From Eledone cirrhosa (Eukaryota), in the NCBI GenBank assembly GCA_964016885.1, contig OZ024750.1, positions 44,454,001-44,518,000 on the forward strand: a stretch of DNA of 64,000 nt, in the 5' to 3' direction. Below are positions 1 through 12,030 of this stretch, in pieces. Position 1 is the first letter of the stretch, and the number at the start of each line of letters is the position of its first letter. The notes below the pieces were generated by a model that did no database searches, had not been told where the DNA came from, and saw nothing but the letters and a program-made list of their open reading frames with translations. The position numbers were made by a program, and so were the translations under genes.

Positions 1-147
1 ATTAGAAGAACAGATTAACGTTTAAGAAAAGAATCGCTGCTTTCACCCTTAACGGGATCTTCTGAAACTCAGGAGACTTTCAGAAGATCCCGTTAAGGGT
101 GAAAGCAGCGATTCTTTGCTTAAACTTTAATCTGTTATTTTAATAAA
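1..147. repeat. Fold-back unit of a (TA)n-associated repeat family (also 22880-23062, 31224-31445, 51132-51210, 51514-51677)
   Basis: Shared AAGGGTGAAAGCAGCGATTCTTTGCTTAAACTTTAATCTGTTATTTTAAT, found in inverted pairs with a different junction in each copy. Confidence 0.8.
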
Positions 148-167
148 TATATATATATATATATATA

Positions 168-548
168 ATAATTGTTTCTACTATTAGCACAAGGCCAGCA
201 ATTATCGCAGTGTATTTCTGGTACTGTAATTTATCGACCCCGTAAGGATGAAAGACAAAGTTAACCTCGGCGGGATTCGAACTCAGAATGGCAAGGGCCG
301 TAACTCTGTGCGTCAAAGCATAGCGTCCAACCGTCTACCGATACTGCCAATCCGAAATAATAATTGTTTCTACTTTAGGCACAAGGCCAACAATTACCCA
401 GTGCATTACTGGTACTTTATTTTATCGACCCCGTAAGGATGAAAGGCAAAGTCAACCTCGGCGGGATTTGAACTCAGATCGTAAAGGGACGTAACTATGC
501 TGGAAAGCATGGCGTCTGACCCTCTACCGATACTGCCAATCCACCACC
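168..548 (-). mobile_element. Two tandem SINE family A copies
   Basis: Reverse complement of the 4864-5035 consensus; copies joined through (TAA)n. Confidence 0.9.
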
Positions 549-729
549 GCCCAATCTGAAATAATAATAACATTTGATTCGTTTGCAATTATGCAAACAA
601 GCCTCAATTTTATAGCCATGTCAGTAGAATGAACCCTTCATTCTTGCTCTTGTGTTGGCATTCGAACAGAACTGCAGACATTTATTGTATTTAGCCATGT
701 AGAGCGAAAATTTTTCTTTATTTTTATAT

Positions 730-952
730 ATATATATATATTTTTTTAATCGATCGACTTTCGTCAAATTCGACCGAGGGAACAATGTTTCCGTTTGTCT
801 TTCCAATTGCTAATATTATCTCTCGGTCGCAACTCCAGGTAGAAGGAGCAACGTGAAATAAAGTGTCTTGCTCAAGGACATAAAGCATCGCCCGGTCCAG
901 GAATCGAACTCACAACCTTACGATTGTGAATCCAACCACTCAGCCACACGCC
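730..952 (-). mobile_element. tRNA-derived SINE family B (others at 27070-27385 -, 38040-38228 -, 62474-62625 +, 63675-63900 +)
   Basis: B box GAGTTCGATTCC followed by a CORE/V-like GTCCTTGAGCAAGACACTTTATTTCAC. Confidence 0.8.
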
Positions 953-1045
953 TTTATATATATATATATATATATACTACTGTACAGTGACGCATAATAA
1001 TACTGCTGTTAATATTGGGCCTGCTGTAAAGAGAGAGAGAGATAG

Positions 1046-1090
<45 letters not shown>

Positions 1091-2049
1091 AGTCGAGAAA
1101 AAAAGGGTGAGAGAGAAACTGATGGCTGCTTCGATGATAGAACACATTATATGTCTTGTTATGTTCCGGATCTTTCCATTCTGTGTTCAAATCCCAACGA
1201 GGCCAGCTTCGCCTTTGATAACCTCGGGTCAATCAAAGCAATTAGGTAGACGAAGACTATTTGGAAGCTTGTTGGATTGACAGTACTGTGGCATGCTGAA
1301 TCTCCCTGAGATTTGCGTTAAAGGTACAATTAAATGTTGAGTTTATTGCTGTATGAACCACTTCTATTTAGCTATGACACTAAAACAACGTGATTCAAAA
1401 TAAAGGCGTCAATTGACATACGTAGGAAATGTTTAGTTCGTATAGCCACACGTATATTCTGGCTGTGAGTATTTAACCTTTTCATTTCACAGACTAATAT
1501 ACTCAAATCATTTTTAAAGTAAGAGGTTTTCGAGATTTACTAATACAACTAACTTTCTGTATATCAAGTTTGTGTTTTGAGGATAGCTTAATAAAATATC
1601 TTACATAAAATTTATTCGAAAGATTTTTTAATGAATTTAAACATTTAAAAATATATATCTTAGCATCGTAGACTATTATTTTTGTTGTTGTTTATGTTTT
1701 TCTTTAATGCGTCAATATTTCTAGTCAGTTATTCAATACTGTTTGTATTAAACATTTAGTTGATATCCTTTTAACATTTAGTTGATATCGTGTTAACATT
1801 TAGTTGATATCCTTTTCTGTTGTTTGTTTGTGAAATCATTCTAGTCGTTGTTACAGGCTATATATAAGGCGGCGAATAGGCAGAGTCGTTAGAACGGCTG
1901 ATAGAATGCTTTATGGTATTCGTTTTGGCTTTCTGCTCTCTTCGTTCAACTTTGCTTTTCATGCTTCCGAGGTCGATAAAAAAAATACAAGTCTAGTACT
2001 GGGGTAGATCCTTCATCAATATCTCTTTCTCATTTCCTCTTTCTATCTT

Positions 2050-2190
2050 TCTCTGGAAGAAGTCTGCCCTCCTCAGGCCTGGAGACGAGATGATGGGTTC
2101 CACCAGGCTTAAAATGCGCAAAAAACGTCGTATGTCAATACGGCACCTCCACGACTCTATCAGGAGTTACGGGACCATAAAATACTATAC
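2050..2190 (+). repeat. Probable LINE 3'-end fragment; second copy at 33060-33185
   Basis: Shared TCTCTGGAAGAA.TCTGC...GGCACC.C.ACGAC...TTACGGG.CCATA plus a short-repeat tail. Confidence 0.5.
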
Positions 2191-2870
2191 AGGTAATATA
2201 CCAGTAATATATCCGGTACAAAGCTGAACCGGTAAGAAATCCGTGTGGTATAAATAGAGTCATCCTTTTACGTTCAAATCCAGTCAAAAACGAAATTGTG
2301 GGTTTCCTCTAGTGTGGTGTGGTGTATGGTGGGTGGTATCTAAAAGTGAGTGGTTTAGTGATTAGGGAGTTCCACACGTGTTTGTGGAATGCTCAGACTT
2401 GCATGTCAATTTCATGATCATGCTGTTCCATTGATGAAACAACAAGAACCCGCATGAGTCTAACAAGCCTATTATCTACGGAACCAACGAATGTAATATC
2501 TTCCTGGTTGTTCAACCTGCTAGAAACAGCAGCTCAAATTACCCTCTACATGTTTACAGGTGTTAACACTTGATAATATAACTCAGGGCTAGTTTTAGTC
2601 AGGGATCACGCCCAGAATGGAGCAACGTCTTCAAAAGTATGGTCGATTGCCTCACATATGATGAGGTGTGGGGTTTAGATAAAATAAATCTTGTTTCTAT
2701 ATTCAGAGTTAATTAAATACATCTAAAAGAAAACTAAAACTACAGCCGTCATTCGAAATCAAGTAGGATTTGTTAGTATGTATCATGCAGTAATAAGGGA
2801 TTTAAGTACCCATGAAGTCGCGTGCAGACACGGAACCCCATTTGATCTTCTTTCTCTTGATCCATTAGAA

Positions 2871-3172
2871 CAGAGGTTCTCAAACGTTTGGGGTCCCCCC
2901 CCCCCCAAGGCCACGTATTACCCTCAGAGCCCCCAACCATATTTCCAGGGAAACCTGCCTACACGCAAATTATAAATAATATATAATAAATAACATCATT
3001 AATTTATATATATAAAATCGTTAATTTATATTTATATATAATATGTATGATTTGATATTTCTTATATTATTATATCATCTCTGCCCCTCCTTGGGCCCCA
3101 GCGCACCCTGGACCTTCTCAATGACCCCACCTCCAATCCCGGAGGTGTCAGCCCCCACTATGAGAACCTCTG
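2871..3172. mobile_element. hAT-type MITE with an 8-bp TSD (older copy at 52240-52586)
   Basis: TIRs CAGAGGTTCTCA / TGAGAACCTCTG. TSD CATTAGAA at 2863-2870 and 3173-3180. Confidence 0.9.
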
Positions 3173-3575
3173 CATTAGAACATCCAGGATATAACAGCTG
3201 GGAATAAAAGAGCGCTGAGGCAGTACTTGACTGGTATATTTTTTATCGACATCGAAAGGATGAAAGGTGAGGTTTACCACAGTGGTGGATAAATTCAGAA
3301 CGCAAAACCCCAGAAGAAATACTCAACGCTCTAACGATCTTCGCCTTAAATCGACCGCCTTAAATGAATTAAACAGGCGCAACGCAATCATCTCCGAAGC
3401 GTTGTGGTCCTTTTTAGAATTTGATGGCACTATAGTGGTTAGTTTGGCTAATCTTGTGGTATTGTGTTGTTGAGTATGGTCGTCGTTGTGGTATTGACGT
3501 TGGAGGAGTTGTTTTGACAACGCTGATAACAACTGCCACAATATCCTCATCATCATCATCATCATCATCACCAGG

Positions 3576-3609
<34 letters not shown>

Positions 3610-3683
3610 GCACCAGCAGCAACAGTATCGACAACTGCATCACTTGTATCATTAACAACAACAACAACAACAACACCACCACT

Positions 3684-3714
<31 letters not shown>

Positions 3715-4515
3715 TTAACTATAACAGCATCGAGAGCAGCAACAACAACGCTAGCATCAACAACGTCCACAACAACAACAGCAGCAACAACAACAGAACC
3801 ATCAGCAGCAAAAATCAACGTTAGTTACAAGATTAGCAGCGTGCATGTGTCACAGTAGGTCTTGCGGGGAAAACGACAAGAGGAAAAAGACTGGATATTG
3901 GAATATAAATGAAACTGTTGGGAATTTGAATGACACTGCCCTCGGGCTTAATTTATTTATGATATCCCGCAGGAGATTGTACGGGATTACCCCCCCCCCC
4001 CCCCTTCACATTACAGACATATGCTGTAATCGTGCTCATTCAATAATTGAGATTGTATTCAAACTATTATATAGGCTGAAAACATTAGTGACAGCTTCCT
4101 CTCTCAAATATCTTTAGAAATTAAAGTTGATTTCCAAAGTATCATCTTCTAGGGTTCTAGGGTTCATTGCGTCGGTGTAAGCCCCCAGGCATGTCGAAAT
4201 CCGATTTCAGTGTAATGATATGCTATAAGAAGAACTATGAGAAAAATACCCAGAGACTCTCTCTGCATGAACGCTAAATAGCATGATAGGTAGGTAGGTG
4301 CTGATATATGTAATATAGCGAACGAAAAAATGTGTAATTAATTAAAATTACACCCGGGGTGAGGAGAAATATGCATTACCCTGGTGTTGAATTGTGATGA
4401 AGAAGTAAATAGATAAATAAAATGACAAAGAAGATAACTCTGAAATGTTAATCATTTAGAATTAATTGAAAATAGGATAGAATGACAGAGTGAGAAAGTG
4501 GAACTTCGGTAATAA

Positions 4516-4556
4516 CTCTAGACTTATTTCGGATTTATTCGATCTCATCAGCGAGA
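4516..4556 (-). ncRNA. Degenerate hammerhead
   Basis: CTGATGA-gatcgaataaatcc-GAAA-taa GTC. Stems I and II are imperfect. Confidence 0.45.
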
Positions 4557-4863
4557 TGTAGTATAAAACACATTACTAAACGTTTCAACAAAATTGTCTG
4601 ATTTATGAAAAATTAACATTAAGAAATTTGAAAATACAGTCGCCAGCGGTAAATTGTTGGACAACATGCCTAGCAGTTTTAATTCGATTATTTACATTCT
4701 GAATTAAAAATTCTGACGATGTCAACTTTGCTTTCCCTCATTCTGGGATCCATACAATAAAATACCAGTCAAGTACTGGGGTTGATATAATCCACTATCT
4801 ACTTCCTCCAAATATCTAGCATTGTATCAATGTTAGAAAACGATCATTATTATTAGAGATAGC

Positions 4864-5035
4864 GGTGGATTGGCAGTATCGGTAGAGGGTCGGACGCCAT
4901 GCTTTCCAGCATAATTACGCCCCTTTACGATCTGAGTTCAAATCCCGCCGAGGTTGACTTTGCCTTTCATCCTTACGGGGTCGATAAACTAAAGTACCAG
5001 TAATGCACTGGGTAATTGTGCCTAAAGTAGAAACA
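4864..5035 (+). mobile_element. tRNA-derived SINE (family A, Nin/Deu-like core) with an 18-bp TSD
   Basis: A box TGGCAGTATCGG, B box GAGTTCAAATCC, core TTTGCCTTTCATCCTTACGGGGTCGATAAA..AAGTACCAG. TSD ATTATTATTAGAGATAGC at 4846-4863 and 5036-5053. Confidence 0.9.
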
Positions 5036-5330
5036 ATTATTATTAGAGATAGCATAAGTAATATTGTTATATTTGGGGAGGGTCATATTGCCAGAAATAT
5101 ATAATAAAACACACTCTTTGGTTTGGGTTGGTTTTCGCTTCAGTATATTTTATATTTCTATAATTATTTCAGCTGGTAATTAATTCCGTCATAAGTAATA
5201 ACTCTTTCTAAAATTGACACTATTCTGGAGCGGGGAGAGAGAAAGTTGATTCAGTCAACCCCAGTGCTTAAGTAGCTTTTTATTTTGTCGACCTCCGGAA
5301 GGACGACAGATAAAGATGTGTGGAATTTGA

Positions 5331-5470
5331 ACTCAGACTCAGACTCAGAAGCTCCCGCGTCTTGCGTCGCATGAGGCAATCATAGTGTTCCACCGCGTTC
5401 GGTCAGCAGCCAGTTGCACAGCGTCCCGCCATTGTCTGTTTGTCGCTCGCAGGTCCCTCTCAACTGTTTA
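5331..5470 (-). mobile_element. 3' fragment of an RTE-like LINE with a (CTGAGT)n tail, inserted into a SINE
   Basis: The minus strand encodes TVERDLRATNRQWRDAVQLAADRTRWNTMIASCDARRGSF*, an RTE-type C-terminus, followed by CTGAGT repeats. Confidence 0.7.
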
Positions 5471-5569
5471 GCGCTGTGGAACACAAATCGCTGTAACTAA
5501 ATACTTGCAAAATATTTTCTTAGAAGCTTTACCATTTCTACCATCTCAACACCCTTGTAGCATGTGTAA

Positions 5570-6250
5570 TAATGTTTTCTGATACAGGCACAAGGCCAGC
5601 AATTTTGGAGGCGGAGGTAAGTCAATTAAATTGAACCGAGTGCCTTACTGGTACTTTATTTTATCAAATTTCTAAGGATGAAAGAAAAGCTAACCTCAGT
5701 GGGACTTAAAGCGGTGTAAATAAATACTTGCCAAGTATTTTCTATATGCCCTACCACGTCTGTCAAACCACCGCACTGGGAGCATGAGTAATAATTGTGT
5801 CTACTTTTGGCACAAGGCCAGCAATAAAGTACCAGTGTATTACAGATACTTTATTTTATCGACCCCGTAAAGATGAACGGCAATGTTAACCTCGGCGGGA
5901 TTTGAACTCAGAGTGTAAAGAGCCGTAACTCTATGCTGCAAAGCATGGCGTCCGACCTTCTACCGATACTGCCAATCCACAGTAAAAAAAAAATAATTGT
6001 TTCTACATTTGGCACAAGGACAGCAAATTACCCAGTGTATTACTGGTACTTTATTTTATCGACCCTGTAAGGATGAAAGGCAAAGTTAACCTCGGCGGGA
6101 TTTGAATTCAGAATGGTAAGGGCCGTAACTCTATGCTTCAAAGCAAGGCGTACCGAGGCCTGCCAATCCAGTAACAATAGTAAGATCAGTAATAATTGTT
6201 TCCACTTTTGGTACAAGGCCAGCAATAACCCAGTGCATTACTGGTACTTT
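5570..6250 (-). mobile_element. Head-to-tail array of 3-4 SINE family A copies
   Basis: Repeated GGCACAAGGCCAGCAA...ACTGCCAATCCAC units, each starting at taataatt. Confidence 0.88.
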
Positions 6251-6685
6251 ATTAATAGTAACATATTATACAAAACACTAAAAATATTTAGATTTATATG
6301 AATTTTCCTTTATTTTCTCACAGACGTAAATTCATCAGTTTGAGTATATGTTGCTTAAATTTTACATATTTTCGAATATAAATGTTATTTGTTCAGATTG
6401 TTCGCCATTTCTGCTAGCAGCATCATTTGCGATAATATTTTAGCATTTATAGCGCAGCCAAGGGGGGTCAAACCCATATGTAGATTGTATAGTAATTAAT
6501 GATTTCTGCATTGGATAATTAATTAATTGAACAAAAGTATTTAAGAGCGAAGTTTGATTTGTGACGGCGCATACATTTTTATATACATCTATGCATAAGC
6601 ATATATGTTTTGATATATATGTGTATATGTGTGCGAGTATATATATATGTATGTGTGTTTATATATATCTATATATCTATATATC

Positions 6686-6747
<62 letters not shown>

Positions 6748-6862
6748 CAAAGACTTGAAAATTTGCATTGAGCCTTTTGTCATACCGGTAACCGGCTAGT
6801 ACTTACTACTAGCCGCCATATTTATAATTGTATTAAACATATATAAATATAAATACTCTTAT

Positions 6863-6901
<39 letters not shown>

Positions 6902-7293
6902 TGTATACACACACATACACACAGACACACACACATATTCACACATACACATATTTGAATTTATCAAGAAGAAAAAAAAGCCCTCTACATATAAATAAAT
7001 TAAAGAGCTTTTATTATGAAAATATACACATAAATAAACAGATGAATATATACTTATGAATGTATATATTTATGTATATATAGATGAATGTATATATTTA
7101 TATATATAACTATATATGCATGTGTATATTTGTGAAGGTATGTATGAGAGAGTGTGTAGATATGTTGAACATGTAGTTTTCTTTAGACGTGTATACGTGT
7201 ATGAACAGGTGGCGAAGTGGCAGAGGTCTTAGAACGCGGTCGACAAATAAAGTACACAGCCGTCATATCTTTTTCTTGATTTGATAAAGCACC

Positions 7294-7327
<34 letters not shown>

Positions 7328-8426
7328 CATCATCATCACCGTCTTCATTATTTGCTCATTAAAGCAATAATTAATATAATTCCTGCTCGTGGTAATAGTA
7401 TTGTTGTTGTTGGTGGTGGTGGTGTTGTTGTTGTTTGTGTGATCGTGCTGTTGTTGTTGTTTGTCGTGGTGGTGTTATTGATGTTTGTGGTGGTGGTGTT
7501 GATGTTGTTTGTTGTGATAGTAGTGTTGTTGTTTGCGGTGGTGTTTGTCGATGTTGTTTGTGTTGTTGTTGTTTGTGGTGGTGTGTGCTGGTGTTGATGT
7601 TATTGTTAATATTTTTATCGTTGTTGTTATTGCCGGTGTGTGTTAGTAGTGTTGGTGGTGTTGTTGGGGTCGGCGATATAAGTTGTTATAAGTGTTATTG
7701 TTATAGTTGTTGTTAGTGGTGTTGGTGATGGAGTTATTATTAGTATTGTTGTTATTGTTGTTATTATTGTTGCTATTATCATTGTTATTATTATTGTTGT
7801 TAGTGGTAATGTTGGGACTGGAAGCGACAACGATAATATTAATATTTAATTTCTAAGAGAAGTAATAAAAATATATATAATTTGGTGAGAAAACTAACCG
7901 CCTTTTGCGCTTGCTACACATTTAAACAATTTTACATAATAGTGTGTGAAAATGGAAAAACAATTTGCCTAATATCGAATCCAAAGCTGTTTTAAATATT
8001 ATTTTGATTAAATAAATAGACTTCTAACTAGGAGAATTTAGCGCCAAAGCCAATTGTTGGTAATTCCATTATTGGCGAATTTAAAAGAAAAATAAACGAT
8101 GTTAAAATGGGAGATTGTGATGGCGATGTTGTTAAGGCGGACATTCCTTGACTGCTGACTGGTCAAATTGAATTAAATACTAAGTTATAATAAGAAGAAT
8201 TGGACGGCTTTCTCTCCCTACTCCCTTCCAATCTCTTTGAGATTCTGCTTCGTTTAAAATAGCAACATATGAAGTCAATTATGGAAACACAACCTCAGAA
8301 TGGTGTTTCGGAATTTGCAATACAAAATGGCGCCGTCAAAAGTGTGTGAGTTGACAAATGAAAAGCAAACTAAAATTGTGTTGTAAAGAGGGATAAAGGA
8401 GTGGGGGAGAGAAAAACAATATGATG

Positions 8427-8501
<75 letters not shown>

Positions 8502-8658
8502 AGAGAGAGAAAGCATGGAACAAATAAAGATGTATTGTAAAATAATTAAATAATGATTCTTAATAAGAGAGGGATAGGGAGAGAGAGATAGGGAGAAAAA
8601 GAGATGGTGAGAAAGAGTAACTAAGAAACGAAAGACTAATATAATGAACGACAGAGAG

Positions 8659-8701
<43 letters not shown>

Positions 8702-8712
8702 TATATATATAT

Positions 8713-8841
<129 letters not shown>

Positions 8842-9390
8842 TATATGAACAAAGAGAATTAACAGGGAGGATGGTGGGAGTGAGATAGAGAGGACTGAGA
8901 TTGTATTTAGTTGTGAGAAGGAGGGGGAAAGAGAAGAAAAAACATTACAGTGAAAGGGAGAGAGAAAAAGGAAAAGAGTGCGAGAGAGAGAAACAGGGGG
9001 GGGGGGGAGGAAGGAGAAGAGAAAGGTGTGAATTGTGTTGAAATTTATTAACAGTTTTTCTCAGTTTTATTCTATTTGCACTAAATGTTCAAATTATTGA
9101 TGTATAAATATATGTATGCATTTGTATATATGTATGTATGTTTGTTTGTATGTATGTATGTATATTCTTCTGGTTTTATAATTTCACAAATTTTTTTCCC
9201 AATAGAGAGAGAGTCGGTTTCTAACATAGACACAAGACTCTCTCATTGGAATTTACACAACATGAACTAGGTAGATTATGTATGCATGCATGTGTAGATA
9301 TGGATGTTATTGTATGTGTGGATGTGGATGTTTTGAGTTGTATGTGTGCATGTGTATATGCTTTGTATCTGTACATGTGTATATGCAGTT

Positions 9391-11784
9391 ATTAGATGCA
9401 AAATGTTTGGAATGTTTTACATATTTTTACTGTTCCATTAATGGATTGTACTTATGATTTCCTAACTAGTTGTGTTCTTTCTGTTCCTGTGAAGCCTAGC
9501 TTCTCAAGATTTGTATTGAGGCAGTTACTAATATATCCCAGTGCCTCAATAATCACAGGCATCAATCTGAAGGTGTAATCAGGGTGGAGTATCTGCAGAT
9601 TCCTCATCAGTTCTGTTTTCTACTCCCTGTCCCATATCATAATATCTGGTCTGTTATGCCTGCATTTTATTGGGGTTTTTACTGGAACATTCCACCAGTA
9701 CTCTTTCATATTATGTACATGGATGTCTTCCACATTGTTGTAGCTTTTAATGTGTTTATTATCGGGGCTATCTTTTTTACGAACTGCATTGTACAGTGTT
9801 TTGGCCACTACATAATGCCTCATAGGTAGATAGTACGGCGATGACATCTTTGGGCAGCTGCTGATGACATGGGTGATATCCTCGATGTTAGTTCTGCAGA
9901 GTCTGCACTTGTTATCACATATAGGTGTTTTGCCTGCGTCCCTATCTCTTTTGCGAATCAGGTATTTCGTGTTAATCTCCTGTTCTTGGATTGCAAAAGC
10001 GTATCCTTCAAAGTGGGAGCCAATATAGCGGTTGTTGGTCCAAGATAGACTACTTTCCTTATCTATATTACTCTCACTCTGGCGCTTCCTGGCAACATAT
10101 CCATGCATGATTTTTTGCTGATAGACATGCCGTTTTTCATCCATGGATTCACTGCGATACTGCTGAGCGACATCCCTGCGTGTGAGTTTTTGATTATCAC
10201 ACAGGGAATATCTCTCAAGGAGTTCCTTCCCAACTCTCATGATCTCATCTGTTACATGCAGATAGACTTGCTCGAGAAGCGGGCTCCTACGCTTCGAGGT
10301 TCGTAGATGTTGTCGGAGAGATATGATGCGACATTCAAATGTTGTCCGGACTGATGTTAGGCCTCTGCCTCCCTGCTTACGTTTCAAGTAAAGGCGGTCT
10401 ATGTCACTGTTGATGTGGAAGTTTCCGGTGTTGTTCAGTATTTTTCGAGTTCCAACATCAACTGCTCGGATTTCGTCTATCGTCCAATTGAGTGTTCTAA
10501 ACGTTGGTGTTAGGACAGGCACAGCAAATACATTGAGCCACTGTTTTGTTTTGCGCAGCGAGTTCCGATGACCAGATCTTTCTTAATCGGATGTAGTATT
10601 CTCTGGTTACGCGTTCTTTATTACAGATACCATTATAGGATATGTTCTCATCTATCCCCAGGTATCTGTTGCAGTCCTCATCAGATATCGGTGAAACAGT
10701 TAGACCATTGATGACAATGTTGCTAGATTGGGTTGTTGTTTTTCCCCGCTTTACAGTCATGTATGAGCATTTATCTTGGCGAAACTCCATTCCTATATCC
10801 TTTGAGAACGTTGTATCCAGGTCAAGATTTTTCTTCATCCCATCTATTTCCTTGACATAGAGTTTCAGATCGTCCACAAAGAAGTTATGGGTTAGGTTCG
10901 TATTTCTGTCCTCCTGTGATCCAATGATGTATCTCCCCTGAAATATATCCCTGCAATATTTTATTTTATCAGTGAAAATAGAGTCCTCCCTTTCTCTTAG
11001 CCACACTGCATCTTGGTTGAAATTCTTCTTTTCACCCCATATTTTGCTCCAAAAGGAATCTATGTCTTTCTGGGATGGAGCCACAGTGACACTTACTATG
11101 TTGCCCTTCATATCTCTATAGACTGATGTTTGGTTTCGTCTGAATCTTTTATTAAACACTTTTCTCTCATCTACCTTCTTCAGGTATCGGCGTTTTTCGC
11201 TAACAGCTCTCAATTGTTTCAAGGTGATCAGCTTATATTGAAGAGTTCTGGTTCTACTGTTACCAAACATCGTCTCTATTTTATTTTTCACTCTTTGTTG
11301 GTGAGGAGTGAGGTTTTTTTGTATTTGTTTGCATGTAAGGAGCATTGTCACATATCCTATGGTTTTTCGTAGATCAACAATCTTTTTTTATATTTTAGTT
11401 ATATATGATGGTATTTTTGGTGGTGTTTTGTTCTTGTTAATATCTCTGCTATCACCAAGATCATGCTTCACTGTTCGTTGCTAAAGCATATAAATAGGCG
11501 TTGATTTGCCAAAATGTTGGGGTTTTTATTTGTCGTAAAAATCCATCCCCTATTTCGTCAATAACACGTAATACGATTTCATTGATTGGTTTTTTTAAAA
11601 TTAAATATTGTCGTTTTAACACGTTCAGCAAGAGAGATATTTATACATGAATTAATTTCTCTCTGGAAGATTTCGTTGAGGGAAATTTTCAATTGTTTAT
11701 ACTTTTGATTATTAACATTATCGATAGTATTTTCCACAACAGTCGAGGTAGACTCAGATAGTACACGTGGTGTCAAATTTCTTC
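9391..11784 (-). pseudogene. 3' part of an older, decayed R4-like RT-RLE retrotransposon
   Basis: Broken ORFs 10497-11351 (DIFQG, FVDDLK, YLGI) and 9620-10522 (GGRGL, CRLC..HVISSC, NRPDIMIW), then a frameshifted C-terminus (PVIIEALG...KICKTF). Most of the N-terminal RT is deleted. Confidence 0.88.
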
Positions 11785-11815
<31 letters not shown>

Positions 11816-12030
11816 GAATGCCATGGTTGACGGAGGCTCGGCTCTGTAAGGTATAGTAATTTTTAACCGTTAAAACAATTGTAAATTGTTTAAAACTTGA
11901 ACCAAATTGTTGATAAAGACACCCTCCTCCTCGTGAGAGGGGTCTTTCTGTCCGTTATTTGGCCCTTCGGGGTTAAATAATCAGTTATTGGGGTTTTGTA
12001 CCCAAAATTTCATTTTAAACAAAAAACAAC

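Noticed and set aside
168-548. tRNA genes or a CRISPR-like array suggested by the repeated units
   Set aside because: The units are SINEs with A/B boxes but no cloverleaf; there is no repeat-spacer periodicity and no cas genes, and the context is eukaryotic.
3323-3858. Thr/Ser-rich mucin-like ORF and its antisense ORFs
   Set aside because: Explained by (ACA)n and (TCA)n microsatellite; open in several frames on both strands, with no splice or domain support.
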